Source of the DNA: Acidimicrobiales bacterium
Lineage (GTDB): Bacteria; Actinomycetota; Acidimicrobiia; Acidimicrobiales; Bog-793
Assembly: GCA_049523315.1 (NCBI GenBank)
Contig: JBEKMZ010000004.1
Span: 15,980 to 79,979, forward strand
Direction of reading: 5' to 3'
Length of the DNA: 64,000 nt
Shown: piece by piece, positions 7,540 to 17,294 of the stretch
Position numbering within the stretch: the stretch's first letter is position 1
Layout: every line of letters starts with the position of its first letter
Translations under genes and position numbers: made by a program
Notes under the pieces: model-generated
Databases searched by the model: none
The model's input: the letters and a program-made list of their open reading frames with translations, nothing else
Told to the model about the DNA's origin: nothing

Positions 7540-8549
7540 TGTCGAGCGAAAGCACAGGTCAAAGCGAACCGGTACCCGGACCTGGGGCGAGCTCCGGGTC
7601 TGCGCGATCCGCCACAGGTCCATCTGGCGACTCGCGTCACGGGTGGCGCATCATCGGCCTCTGGATCGTTCTGTCGGCGATAGCGGACCCGCTCTTTTAC
7701 TACCTCGCCGGACCGCACATCCCGCCCGGGACCATGAGCAACACGGCCGACGGGGCCCAATTCGACTTCAACATCCTTCTTGTCGCAGCTTTGCCGGTCA
7801 TGATCGCGGTCTGGATCTACATGGGGTATGCGATCGTCAATTGGCGGGCATCACGCGGCGGCCCCGAGCCGGTGGGTGGCCCCCGTGCGCGCAGCAACCT
7901 GCCAGTACAGACGACCTGGATCGTCTTCACGACTGCGCTCGTGCTGTTCCTGTTCGGGTTTGGGACCTATGAGCTCGTTCAGCCTGGAGGTGCCGGGGGC
8001 GGGCAGGGGCCGAGCCCGATCTGGACACCCGCCTCTCACTCGGTGCTGCCCATCCAAGTGATCGGCCAGCAGTGGAAGTGGACCTACCGTTACCCGACAT
8101 TCGGCGGTTTCGAGACGAGCGATCTAGTCGTCCCTGACGACACGGCCATTGCGTTCCATGTCACATCTCTGGACGTGATCCACGACTTCTGGGTCTACCA
8201 GCTCGGGGTCAAGGCCGACGCGAACCCCGGCCAGGACAACGTCGCGTTCACGACCGCGCAGCAGCTCGGCAGTTTCGTCGTCCGCTGTGACGAGCTCTGC
8301 GGTTTGTGGCACGGCTCGATGTACAACTACGGCAAGGTCGTGACTCCCGCCCAGTTCGATTCCTGGGCCAAGGCCACAGAGAGCCAGCTGGCCGCCAACA
8401 CCAAATTCTTGCCGCCATTCGCTTGGACCTACACGCCCGACGCGAACGGGGCGGACGGGGGTTACTACCCCGACAACGTTGACCCGTACAGTCCGGTGGA
8501 GACCTACGGGGCGAAGCAGCCCGGTGAACCGCTCCCGTCCAAGGCATAA
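7539..8549 (+). CDS. ctaC: Cytochrome c oxidase subunit II (CuA subunit, no cytochrome c domain)
   Basis: 'DVIHDFWVYQLGVKAD' and 'VVRCDELCGLWHGSMYNYG' give the full CuA H...CxExCGxxHxxM signature. There are TM helices N-terminally and no CxxCH heme motif. Confidence 0.9.
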   Translation: MSSESTGQSEPVPGPGASSGSARSATGPSGDSRHGWRIIGLWIVLSAIADPLFYYLAGPHIPPGTMSNTADGAQFDFNILLVAALPVMIAVWIYMGYAIVNWRASRGGPEPVGGPRARSNLPVQTTWIVFTTALVLFLFGFGTYELVQPGGAGGGQGPSPIWTPASHSVLPIQVIGQQWKWTYRYPTFGGFETSDLVVPDDTAIAFHVTSLDVIHDFWVYQLGVKADANPGQDNVAFTTAQQLGSFVVRCDELCGLWHGSMYNYGKVVTPAQFDSWAKATESQLAANTKFLPPFAWTYTPDANGADGGYYPDNVDPYSPVETYGAKQPGEPLPSKA

Positions 8550-8627
8550 CCGGAGCCGAGATATGAGGACGAACGGGATGTGTGTGTGCGACTGGTCCCA
8601 TCTCGACGATGGAGGTAGCTGAGCGCA

Positions 8628-10649
8628 ATGGCAGCGAGCACAGCCGACACCGAGGACCCGGCCTTCCCGGGTGAGATCCCGCCGAGCCACGGGATCATCG
8701 ATACTCGCTCCGACTGGCTCAGACCGCACTTGGGCTGGGCGATGGTGGGCGCCGTTGCCGGGTGGTTCTTCGGCCGCTACGTGGGCGACCTCATCGCCTC
8801 GGGCTGGGCCGTGAGCCAGAACACGACGATGAACAACGTCGCTGTTGTGCTCGGCCTGTGCTTCGGCGTCCTCGGATGGCTCATCGGCATCGGTGCCCTC
8901 ACATACCCGATGTTGAAGATGCTCGGTCGGGAGCCGGCACCGGCCCCGCCGACGCGCTCTTGGGTGCGCTACTTCCGCTTGACCGAGGACCACAAGGTCG
9001 TCGGCTTGCAGTACCTCATAGGAGTCCTCCTCTTCTTGTTCACCGCTGGGCTGTTGGCAATGGCCATCCGCACGGAACTGCTCAGTCCGACCAGCCATGT
9101 CTTCGGCCCCGGCACCTACATCGCCATCGTCGGCGAGCACGGCACCATGATGATGATGATGGCCAGCTCGGCCGTCATCGGCCCCCTCGGCAACTGGTTG
9201 GTCCCGCTCATGATCGGTTCTCGCAGGATGGCGTACCCGCGAGTGGAGGCCGTCTCCTTCTGGGTGTTCATGGCGGGCTACCTCGTGATCATGACGGCTC
9301 TGCCGCTCGGTGGCTTCCCGACGGGCTGGACGGCCTACGCACCGCTGCAGACCCAGGCCTATCCCGGTATGGACGCCTATCTAGTCGGCTTTGCGGTCAT
9401 CGGTCTCGGCATGATCATGGCCGGGTTCAACCTCGCGGCGACGATCATCAACTACCGAGCACCGGGCATGACATGGAGCCGGGTCCCGATCTTCGTATGG
9501 TCCGTGCTGGCGACCTGTGCCCTGCTCGTGCTCGCGACGCCCACGCTCATGGTGGCGGGCTATCTCGGCGTCTTGGACCGCACCGTCCAGACGGCGTTCT
9601 ATGTGACCGAGCACGGAGGAAGCAGCTTTTTGTGGGAGAACCTTTTCTGGTTCTTCGGCCATCCAGAGGTGTACATAATGGCCCTGCCTGGCTTCGGCAT
9701 CGTCATGGAGATGCTGCCCGTCTTTACGAGAAAGCCCCTCTTCGCCTACAGGGTTGCCGCCGCCGGGATGATCGGGGTCGCACTGCTGTCCTTCTTCGTC
9801 TGGCAGCACCACCTGTTCCAAAGTGGCATCAACCCCGACATGAGGCCGTTGTTCATGCTGACAACCGAGCTGATCTCAATCCCGACCGGGTTCTTGTACC
9901 TGGTTACGCTCGGGACGCTCTGGCGGTCGAAGATGCGCTTCGAGGTGCCGATGCTGTTCTGTCTCGGCATGCTGTTCAACTTCCTCATCGGGGGCATCAC
10001 CGGCGTGTTCCTCTCCGATGTCCCCGTCGACGTGACCGTCCACGGAAGCTTCTTCGTGATGGCGCACTTCCATTACACGATCATGGGCGGTCTGATATTC
10101 GCCTTGTTCGGTGGCCTCTACTACTGGCTCCCCAAGATGACCGGCAAGCAGCTGAACCAGACACTGGCCAAGATCCACTTCTATGCGTTTTTCGTGTTCT
10201 TCAACTGCACGTTCTTCCCCTTGTTCCTGGTGGGCCTCTTGGGCCAGCCACGGCGCGTCTTCGAATACGCCCGCAACCTGCAGACCCTGAACGACATCTC
10301 GTCGGTCAGCGCCTTTTTGCTCGGCGCGTCGTTCTTGATCTTCATCTTCAACTTCGTGTGGTCGGTCTACATCGACCCCGTGAAGGCCCCGGACAACCCG
10401 TGGGACTCGCGTGGCCTCGAGTGGCAGACACCGACGCCGGTGCCGTGGTTCGACTTCGTGCGCATCCCGGTCGTGATGTCTGACCCCTATCGCTACGGGG
10501 AGATCGACGCTCCGGCGGTGGCGGATCTCGGCGCCGCTCCGCTCGTGTCGGTCGGAGCGATGAGCTACGGGGAAGCCGTGAGCCCGAGAGCGGTCGAGTC
10601 TCTTCCCCACGAGCCTGGGGATCTCGACCCACGTCCACCCATCTCGTGA
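8628..10649 (+). CDS. ctaD: Cytochrome c oxidase subunit I with ~110-aa N-terminal 2-TM extension
   Basis: 'FWFFGHPEVYIMALPGFG' carries the His-Tyr of the A-type active site. 'HHLFQSG' and 'HFHYTIMGG' are also present. The canonical N-terminus 'EDHKVVGLQYL' only begins near residue 120. An SD 'GGAGG' lies upstream of the ATG at 8628. Confidence 0.95.
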   Translation: MAASTADTEDPAFPGEIPPSHGIIDTRSDWLRPHLGWAMVGAVAGWFFGRYVGDLIASGWAVSQNTTMNNVAVVLGLCFGVLGWLIGIGALTYPMLKMLGREPAPAPPTRSWVRYFRLTEDHKVVGLQYLIGVLLFLFTAGLLAMAIRTELLSPTSHVFGPGTYIAIVGEHGTMMMMMASSAVIGPLGNWLVPLMIGSRRMAYPRVEAVSFWVFMAGYLVIMTALPLGGFPTGWTAYAPLQTQAYPGMDAYLVGFAVIGLGMIMAGFNLAATIINYRAPGMTWSRVPIFVWSVLATCALLVLATPTLMVAGYLGVLDRTVQTAFYVTEHGGSSFLWENLFWFFGHPEVYIMALPGFGIVMEMLPVFTRKPLFAYRVAAAGMIGVALLSFFVWQHHLFQSGINPDMRPLFMLTTELISIPTGFLYLVTLGTLWRSKMRFEVPMLFCLGMLFNFLIGGITGVFLSDVPVDVTVHGSFFVMAHFHYTIMGGLIFALFGGLYYWLPKMTGKQLNQTLAKIHFYAFFVFFNCTFFPLFLVGLLGQPRRVFEYARNLQTLNDISSVSAFLLGASFLIFIFNFVWSVYIDPVKAPDNPWDSRGLEWQTPTPVPWFDFVRIPVVMSDPYRYGEIDAPAVADLGAAPLVSVGAMSYGEAVSPRAVESLPHEPGDLDPRPPIS

Positions 10650-11329
10650 GCGGAGACATCATGGCTGACGAAGTCGCACCCGCAGAGTCCTTCCCGATGT
10701 TGCGGGAGACGCCGGAGGAGATCGCCTACGAGCTGAGCGCGCACGAAGGGGCGCTGTGGACCGGCAGCCGCATGCTGATGGGCATTTGGGCCTTCGCATT
10801 CGCGGCACTGGGGTTCGCGTACTTCTACCTGCGCTCCGCGAACAACGCCAACCTTTGGCGCCCCGCCGGTATTACCGCTCCCACCGGTGCCGGAGCGGCC
10901 GTGTTCGCGTTCTCGCTCGCGAGCGCCTTTTTGGCCGGCTACGGCCTGTGGCGCTTCCGGCAGGGCTCCTCGCTCGACTGGCAGGTGGCGGGATGGACGG
11001 CGGTCCTGTGCACTCTCACGGCGGTATCGCTGCAGATCTGGCAGCTGACGGTGCTGCCCTTCTTCCCCGGGTCGAGCGGCTATGCGTCCTGCTTTGTCGG
11101 TTGGGCAGGCATGAACATCGCGATGCTCCTCTCTGGGGGATACTGGCTGGAGACGCTCTTGGCCCGACAGCTTCGCCTGCGCCGTGCGGTAGCCGAGGAC
11201 GGGGGAGTGGCCCGCTCCTCTTTGCCGGCTGTCCGGCTCTTCCGCGTGAACCTGGAAGGCTGCACCTACTTCTGGGTGTTCATTGCTTTTGTGGCCTTCT
11301 TCTTCTGGGTGCTCTTTTACGTGGCGTGA
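10646..11329 (+). CDS. ctaE: Cytochrome c oxidase subunit III-like membrane protein
   Basis: A GTGA overlap joins it to the coxI stop. It has about five TM helices ('MLMGIWAFAFAALGFAYFYL', 'CTYFWVFIAFVAFFFWVLFYV'). Position and topology fit a short subunit III. The sequence-level assignment is moderate. Confidence 0.7.
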   Translation: MSGDIMADEVAPAESFPMLRETPEEIAYELSAHEGALWTGSRMLMGIWAFAFAALGFAYFYLRSANNANLWRPAGITAPTGAGAAVFAFSLASAFLAGYGLWRFRQGSSLDWQVAGWTAVLCTLTAVSLQIWQLTVLPFFPGSSGYASCFVGWAGMNIAMLLSGGYWLETLLARQLRLRRAVAEDGGVARSSLPAVRLFRVNLEGCTYFWVFIAFVAFFFWVLFYVA

Positions 11330-11407
11330 GTGCAAGACCCATGCGACCAAGAGATCCCGGGTGTGCCCGAAAGGCGAGGCCGGGGTCGAAAGGTGGACGA
11401 TAGACAA

Positions 11408-11515
11408 GTGAGTGAGTACTTTCTCGGCCCGCAGGTGATGACACTTGCGATCCCGCTCGGGTTCTTCCTGTTGGTGTGCTTCTGGGGGTTCTTCCAGCGC
11501 GGCCCATCGCGATGA
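11408..11515 (+). CDS. Candidate 35-aa single-TM mini-protein
   Basis: GTG at 11408 opens 'VSEYFLGPQVMTLAIPLGFFLLVCFWGFFQRGPSR'. GC3 is about 83% by hand count. 'AAGGTGG' lies about 12 nt upstream. The stop overlaps the ctaG start (ATGA at 11512-11515). Confidence 0.35.
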   Translation: MSEYFLGPQVMTLAIPLGFFLLVCFWGFFQRGPSR

Positions 11516-12291
11516 CTTCCGGGGCCGCCGGAGGGCGTCCCGGGACGAGGATTGGTGAGCTTCGCCGGTGGTGCGCCTTCGCCGCCTTGCTGGCGGCGCT
11601 CGCCATGGTCGTGCCGCCCCTGTACGAGCTCGCCCGTCGCTATCTGTTCGTCGAGGCGATACAGTTTGCCGTTTTTGCCATGGTGATCCCGGCGCTTTTC
11701 GTCCACGCTGCCCCGATCCGGCGTTCCGGCCGGTCGGCTGGCGGGGGCGAGTCCCGGGATCGGCGGCCAAGGTGGGCCGAAAGCCTGGCGACCTCCCGGC
11801 GGCGCCATCCTGAGCCCGCACGCGCTCTGGCGTTCCTGCTGCTGTTCATGTGCGCGGCGGTGGCCTGGCGCACCCCGGCGGCCGTCGACGCCATCGAGCG
11901 CCAGCCATGGCTGCTCGTCGCCGAGGCGATCAGTCTGGTGGTGGTCGGAGTCGCTTTCTGGTCCGAGATCGCGGAGTCCGGTCCAGTCGTCCCACGTGCA
12001 CGTCGGCCGTTGCGCGCGGTGATGGCCGCCGTGGCCATGTGGACGGTGTGGACAGTCTCTTACCTGGCCGGATTCTCGAGCACCTCTTGGTACCCGGCCT
12101 TCCACCACGTCTCCGGGCGCGGTCTCAGTGCTGCCGCAGATCAACAGTTCGCGACTGGCGTGTTATGGCTCGTGGGATGTGTGGTGTTCATGCCGGTCGT
12201 GTTCTGGAACCTGCTCGCCTGGTTGCGCAGCGAGGACAGCCGCGAGATCGACTTTTACGGCTCAGTGGCCGGCCAGAAGACCGCCTCGTAG
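11512..12291 (+). CDS. ctaG: Cytochrome c oxidase assembly factor CtaG-like (caa3-CtaG family) membrane protein
   Basis: A polytopic membrane protein with 'YLFVEAIQFAVFAMVIPALFV' and 'MWTVWTVSYLAGFSSTSWYPAF'. The pattern and operon position fit Bacillus-type CtaG. This is a motif-level call. Confidence 0.65.
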   Translation: MTSGAAGGRPGTRIGELRRWCAFAALLAALAMVVPPLYELARRYLFVEAIQFAVFAMVIPALFVHAAPIRRSGRSAGGGESRDRRPRWAESLATSRRRHPEPARALAFLLLFMCAAVAWRTPAAVDAIERQPWLLVAEAISLVVVGVAFWSEIAESGPVVPRARRPLRAVMAAVAMWTVWTVSYLAGFSSTSWYPAFHHVSGRGLSAAADQQFATGVLWLVGCVVFMPVVFWNLLAWLRSEDSREIDFYGSVAGQKTAS

Positions 12292-12307
12292 GTTTCGGAG
12301 GCGCTGG

Positions 12308-12973
12308 TCAGGCGGCGAGCGAGGACCTCGAATCGGGTAGTGCCGGCATGTCCGGCTCCTGGAGACGTGTGCCCAGGATCTGGTCGGCGGCGCTGATGTC
12401 GGCGAAGGCAGCGGCGCGGTCGGAGGCCAGAGTCCGCTCCCGTGTCGAAAGGTCACGCTGGGCGCTCTTGTCGTTCGGGTGGCTGAAGAGCGTCTCCAGA
12501 TCGGTGATGGCTCCGAGTGCGTCAGAAGTGGCCCACTCGGTCGCCGTCGCGACGAGATCCCCGAGGCGCTTTCCTGCCGACGAGCCGGGGACCTCGATGC
12601 TAGAGAGCTCGTAGATGCTGTCGTCGGTGAACGAGCAGGCGGCGAGATCCTGTCGCAGGAGTGAGGGCGCCTGTTGCTCGTCCGCGGTCGTGAGCGAGCC
12701 CGCAAGCTGTTGTGCGTGGATCTCGAACGACTCTTTTGCAGCGAAGGCACAAGGGGCGATGTCGGTGTTGACCTCGGTCATGACGCCCCTCCCGGCCGAG
12801 ATGTTGGCAGCGTTGGAGCCGTGGACCGGGAGGTCGGAAATCACGGTAACTGCGAGCACGACGATCGTTCCCAGGCTCACGAGCAGGGCGCGGCGTCGAT
12901 ACCAGGGCCGGGCCGGTGACTCGGCGGTGACCTGGTCGGCCCCCTCGCCCGGCGGTCGTTGGCCGGTACTCAT
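12308..12973 (-). CDS. Membrane-anchored hypothetical protein, translationally coupled to SCO
   Basis: A 221-aa ORF with a single N-terminal TM ('ALLVSLGTIVVLAVTVISDL') and an extracytoplasmic, likely helical domain with two Cys ('IAPCAFAA', 'LAACSFTD'). It shares a 4-nt overlap with the SCO stop (12970-12973). I recognise no family. Confidence 0.6.
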   Translation of the reverse strand: MSTGQRPPGEGADQVTAESPARPWYRRRALLVSLGTIVVLAVTVISDLPVHGSNAANISAGRGVMTEVNTDIAPCAFAAKESFEIHAQQLAGSLTTADEQQAPSLLRQDLAACSFTDDSIYELSSIEVPGSSAGKRLGDLVATATEWATSDALGAITDLETLFSHPNDKSAQRDLSTRERTLASDRAAAFADISAADQILGTRLQEPDMPALPDSRSSLAA

Positions 12974-13827
12974 CGGCTGTCCGCGAGCTGGGTGGCGTAG
13001 GTGGCGATACCCTTCGCGAACTCGCTCATTTCTGAGGCGGGTAGCTCATAGGTGCCCGAGGGGCGGCTCTCGTTCGCCGACGGCGTCGCGCTGAAGGCGA
13101 ATCGGCCCGCACCGTCGAGGAAGTAGATGACGTCATTGTGCTCCACCGTACGCGTCGCGGTGTCGAAGCTCACGATGACCCCGTAATTGCTCCATACCGT
13201 GTTCAGAGCGGAGAGCGGCCCGGTCAACATGTGCCAGTTGGGCAGTCGTCCGAGCCCAGTTTTGGCGAGCACCTGATCGAGGCCGGAGACGGCTGTAGCT
13301 GCCGGATCAGTATTGACGGTGAGGAATCCGACGCGACTCGCCAGAACTCCCAGCCTTGCGTCCGCCTGCTCGATCTCATCGGCGATGACAGGACAGATGT
13401 CGTTGCAGCGCCCGTCGAAGAACGAGAGCACGACGACCTTCCCGCGCTCGTCGGCGAGCGAGAAGCTCTGGCCGCGCTGGTCGACGAGCGAAATGGCTCG
13501 AGCATGGCCGGGCGTCATGCGCGACAGCCCCATGAAGCCTGCGAGTGCTCCTGGCACAGTCGTCTCGTGCTCCGTGCTCGAAGCGGCGGGCGGACGCGAC
13601 GAGGCCGGCACTGCCGTCGTCGTGCTCGGCGGAGTCGGATTGATACCAGCTGCGGTCAGGACGTGCTCGAGCAGCGCCCCTCCGATTCCGAGCACGGCGG
13701 CCGCGAGCAACACCCAGTACACGAACTTGCGCGGGATGCGCGACGGGCCGGCAGCGAATGCCGCGGCCCTGTCTACAGGACCGTCCTCAGATGCGCCGGC
13801 CGAAGAGGATCCAACCGCGTCCGTCAT
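12970..13827 (-). CDS. SCO1/SenC-family copper chaperone (thioredoxin fold)
   Basis: 'VVVLSFFDGRCNDICPVIADEI' carries the CxxxC copper site, with a distal His in 'TVEHNDVIYFLD'. The N-terminal TM anchor is 'FVYWVLLAAAVLGIGGALL'. Confidence 0.85.
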   Translation of the reverse strand: MTDAVGSSSAGASEDGPVDRAAAFAAGPSRIPRKFVYWVLLAAAVLGIGGALLEHVLTAAGINPTPPSTTTAVPASSRPPAASSTEHETTVPGALAGFMGLSRMTPGHARAISLVDQRGQSFSLADERGKVVVLSFFDGRCNDICPVIADEIEQADARLGVLASRVGFLTVNTDPAATAVSGLDQVLAKTGLGRLPNWHMLTGPLSALNTVWSNYGVIVSFDTATRTVEHNDVIYFLDGAGRFAFSATPSANESRPSGTYELPASEMSEFAKGIATYATQLADSR

Positions 13828-13852
13828 CGGCGGTGGTGCCGCGCCGGCTTGG

Positions 13853-14833
13853 TCACCAGGGGTGGACGAGTGCGTCGACGCCCATCGCCACGAACAGAAC
13901 CGTGAGATAGGTGATCGAGAAACCGAACATTCGCATGGCGCGACCGGGTCTCGGGTCGCGGCAAAGACCGACCGCGTGATAGAGGAATGCCGCGCCGGTC
14001 ACGGCCGCCGAGGCTGCGTAGACCACACCGAGGTGAGCGGCCGGGATCAACACGAAAGAGAGGGCGACGACGGCGACGGTGTAACAGAGGATCTGGCGCG
14101 TCACCTTCCCCATGTCCGCTACCGACGGCAACATGGGGACGTGTGCAGCCGAGTAGTCGTCGCGGTAACGCACCGCAAGTGCCCAGAAATGCGGAGGAGT
14201 CCAGAGGAATATCAGGCCGAACATCACAAAGGGTGCCGCCGACAGCCGGCCGGTGACGGCGCTCCATCCGACGAGCACGGGCACCGCGCCGGCGGCACCG
14301 CCGATCACTATGTTCTGTGGCGACAGCCGCTTGAGCCACGTCGTGTACACGCCGAGATAGAACGCAGTCGCCGAGATCGCCAATATCGCGGAGAGCAGGT
14401 TGACGGTCGTCGCGAGCAGGGCGAACGACGCGACCTCGAGGAGGCAGGCGAACACAACCGCCGCCCGTGGGCTGATCATTCCCGTGACGAGGGGCCGGTG
14501 CTTGGTTCGTTCCATTACCGCGTCGATGTCCCGGTCGTAGACCATGTTCATCGCGTTTGCCCCGCCGGCCGCGAGCGCTCCGCCAAGCACTGTCAGAATT
14601 ATCAGACGAATCGGAGGCACACCTTTGGCGGCGACAAACATTGTCGGAACCGTAGTGATGAGCAATAGCTCAATGATCCGCGGCTTTGTGAGGGCGACAT
14701 AGGCCTTGAAACGTGCCCCGAACCGACGTGCGCCGTCGATCGTGCGCGGCAGCTCCAGGAGCGTGACGCGACCTAGCAAACCAGGTTCGGGCTTTGAGAT
14801 TCCCCCCACAACAGCATTTGCGCCTTGACGCAT
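13853..14833 (-). CDS. ctaB: Protoheme IX farnesyltransferase (heme O synthase)
   Basis: '[17 protein letters not shown]', '[23 protein letters not shown]' and '[12 protein letters not shown]' are UbiA-family CyoE/CtaB motifs. This is the 326-aa C-terminal part of the artefactual 916-aa ORF, with its ATG at 14833. Confidence 0.9.
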   Translation of the reverse strand: MRQGANAVVGGISKPEPGLLGRVTLLELPRTIDGARRFGARFKAYVALTKPRIIELLLITTVPTMFVAAKGVPPIRLIILTVLGGALAAGGANAMNMVYDRDIDAVMERTKHRPLVTGMISPRAAVVFACLLEVASFALLATTVNLLSAILAISATAFYLGVYTTWLKRLSPQNIVIGGAAGAVPVLVGWSAVTGRLSAAPFVMFGLIFLWTPPHFWALAVRYRDDYSAAHVPMLPSVADMGKVTRQILCYTVAVVALSFVLIPAAHLGVVYAASAAVTGAAFLYHAVGLCRDPRPGRAMRMFGFSITYLTVLFVAMGVDALVHPW

Positions 14834-15021
14834 CCCGAGAAGGGTAGTGCTGATTGTGATCGATTGTTCCCGCGTCCTTGGGAGGGGCTTCTCCTTGCAG
14901 CAGCGGTGACAGGTAGTGCCCGAGTGACTACTGAAAGCGTCGAAGCGATCAGCTGCAGATGTTGGGATCGTCTCGTCTCGTACCGGTAGAGCCCGCTGGA
15001 GGCCCATCCGGCCGGCTCCAG

Positions 15022-16500
15022 TCACTCCTCGCCGAGCGGCGGCGCGTCGAGCGCGCAATGGCTGTGTTGGCGATGACGGCTCATCGCACGCTGCCTCTCG
15101 GATTGCGCCGGGTTGCGGATACCGACGGCGGCGATGACACCACCGAGCACGCACATCGTGGCGGAGATGATCATCGCGTGGCGGAACCCCGCCGAGAGCG
15201 CCCGGGTGTGGACATAGCCCTTTCCGGAGATACCGGCCAACGCCGGCAGCACGGCGACGGCGAGCAGGCTTCCCACTCGAGCGACGTAGTTGTTCACTCC
15301 CGAGGCGATCCCGGCGTGCTCGGCCGGAGCAGCACCGAGAGCCGTGGTTGTCAATGGCGCGACGGTGATCGCGAGGCCGAGCGCGAAGACCAGCACGGCC
15401 GGGAGCACACCGCTTGCATAAGAGAGCGAGCCCGTGCTGCGCACGAGGAGGGCGAGCCCTGCGCCTATGACGATCGGACCGAGTCCCATTTGCAGGCGTG
15501 GGCCGATCCGCGCCGAGAGCTGGCCGGAGCGTGCCGAGAGGAGCAGCATCACCACGGTCAAGGGGATGAGGGCCGCTCCCGCCTCCAAAGGTGTGTAGTG
15601 GTTGACCACCTGCAGCTCGACGGGTATGAGGAACAAAGCCCCTCCGAGAGCCGCATAGACGATGAGGGTCACGACGTTGGTCACTGAGAACTGCCGCTCG
15701 CCGAACAGTGCGAGGGGGAGCATAGGAGCGTCCGTGAAGCGTTCGACCATCACGAAGGCGACCCCGCCGACGACACCGCCCAGCAGACCAACCAACACCG
15801 CCGGGGAGCCGAAGCCGTGAGCCGGCCCCTCGATGAGCCCGTAGGTCACTCCGGCCAACGAGACCATGCCCACCGTCGCGCCCACGACGTCGACACGACC
15901 GCTCGCCGCCGGATCTCGCGACTCGGGCACGTGACGTGTCGACCATGCCAGCACGAGCGCTCCGACGGGGATGTTGATGAAAAAGATCCAGCGCCATGAA
16001 GCGGCCGCGATCAGGTACCCGCCGAGCAGAGGGCCCGCGGCGGAGGCGAGTCCTCCGAGGCCGGACCAGGCGCCGATGGCGCGGCCGCGATCGGCCTGCG
16101 AGAAGGAGGCCTGCAAGATAGCGAGGCTGCCGGGAGTGAGCAGTGCCCCTCCCACACCCTGGATGACGCGGGCGACGATGAGGACCGATGCACTTGGCGC
16201 GAAGCCGCACGCGGCCGAGGACAGAGCGAACCAGATGACGCCGACGCCGAACACCCTTTTTCGCCCGAACCTGTCGCCGAGCGAGCCACCGAGCAAGAGC
16301 AGCGCCGCCAGCGTGAGCGTGTAGCCGGTCACGACCCATTGCAATGTGCCGATCGGGGCGTTGAACCTCCGCCCGATCGTGGGGAGGGCGATGCCAACGA
16401 CGGTGGCGTCGATGGCCGCCATGCCCGAGCCCAGCACCGTCGCTGCGATCACCCACCGCCCGACGGCGGACTTGTATGCGAGGCCCGGAGAAGTCCCCAC
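15022..16500 (-). CDS. MFS transporter, DHA2 (EmrB/QacA-like, 14-TM) family
   Basis: '[20 protein letters not shown]', '[30 protein letters not shown]' and many TM segments. Confidence 0.9.
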   Translation of the reverse strand: MGTSPGLAYKSAVGRWVIAATVLGSGMAAIDATVVGIALPTIGRRFNAPIGTLQWVVTGYTLTLAALLLLGGSLGDRFGRKRVFGVGVIWFALSSAACGFAPSASVLIVARVIQGVGGALLTPGSLAILQASFSQADRGRAIGAWSGLGGLASAAGPLLGGYLIAAASWRWIFFINIPVGALVLAWSTRHVPESRDPAASGRVDVVGATVGMVSLAGVTYGLIEGPAHGFGSPAVLVGLLGGVVGGVAFVMVERFTDAPMLPLALFGERQFSVTNVVTLIVYAALGGALFLIPVELQVVNHYTPLEAGAALIPLTVVMLLLSARSGQLSARIGPRLQMGLGPIVIGAGLALLVRSTGSLSYASGVLPAVLVFALGLAITVAPLTTTALGAAPAEHAGIASGVNNYVARVGSLLAVAVLPALAGISGKGYVHTRALSAGFRHAMIISATMCVLGGVIAAVGIRNPAQSERQRAMSRHRQHSHCALDAPPLGEE

Positions 16501-16556
16501 CGGCGGTCAGCCTAAGCCGGGCCGGCGACCCGACCGGCCGAAGCCGCTCGCATCTG

Positions 16557-17294
16557 TCAGCTCTTAGTTCGGGTCCAGGCCGGGCTCGAGCTCCCGAGCA
16601 CATGCGCGGTCGCGGCGACGCCCAGGGTCACGATCACAGCGATCACAAGGGGGAGGACGATCTGGTGGTGGACTACGAAGCTCGCGCCGACGACGGCCCC
16701 GGCGAGCATCGTGCCGACCGCGACAAGGCGACGACCAGCCTTGGATCCCGTCCCACCGCCGATCGCGCTGTCAGCGGCGATTCCCGTGATGGTCAAGGTG
16801 AGCACGGTGGTGGTCAGGTCGGGCACTGCGAGCTTGCGCGCCGTGGCATTCTGGATCCCCATCCCGACCGCCAGCACGACGATGAGGCCGTAGTGGTAGC
16901 CGGAGGCAATCGGCTTGCCACTGAGCGCGGCGAGGGCCATTCCGGTCGCGAGGAACACGACCTGCACGGTCGCCCCGGAGCCCAGGTGGCGTCCGCGATG
17001 GTGCCCGAACCGGGACCCGAGTTGACCCCCGACGAGGCCGCCGACGACGAAGGACGCTATTGAGACGAGGGACGCGTCGATAGAGAACCCGGGCGCACCG
17101 ACCAAGGCGAAGCCCAAGAGCACGACGTTGCCCGTCATGTTGGCGACGAAGACGTGGCCGAGGACAAGGTAGCTGAACGCATCGACCAGGCCCGTGACGA
17201 GCGTCATCGAAACCAGCAAGGGCGGCAGTGGGCCGAAAGGGCTGTCTCGGTTCCACAGAAACGTTTCGCGGATCTCAGCGAGAAAGCCAGTCAT
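16557..17294 (-). CDS. YoaK/DUF1275-family membrane protein
   Basis: '[37 protein letters not shown]' is the motif I recognise for DUF1275. The start is taken at '[10 protein letters not shown]' (ATG at 17294). Confidence 0.8.
   Translation of the reverse strand: MTGFLAEIRETFLWNRDSPFGPLPPLLVSMTLVTGLVDAFSYLVLGHVFVANMTGNVVLLGFALVGAPGFSIDASLVSIASFVVGGLVGGQLGSRFGHHRGRHLGSGATVQVVFLATGMALAALSGKPIASGYHYGLIVVLAVGMGIQNATARKLAVPDLTTTVLTLTITGIAADSAIGGGTGSKAGRRLVAVGTMLAGAVVGASFVVHHQIVLPLVIAVIVTLGVAATAHVLGSSSPAWTRTKS

Noticed and set aside
13853-16603. A 916-aa ORF that appears to be a giant gene
   Set aside because: Only the last 326 codons (13853-14833) are heme O synthase. The upstream part is an Arg/Pro/Gly-rich translation antisense to the MFS transporter gene (15022-16500). 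This is a typical high-GC shadow ORF.
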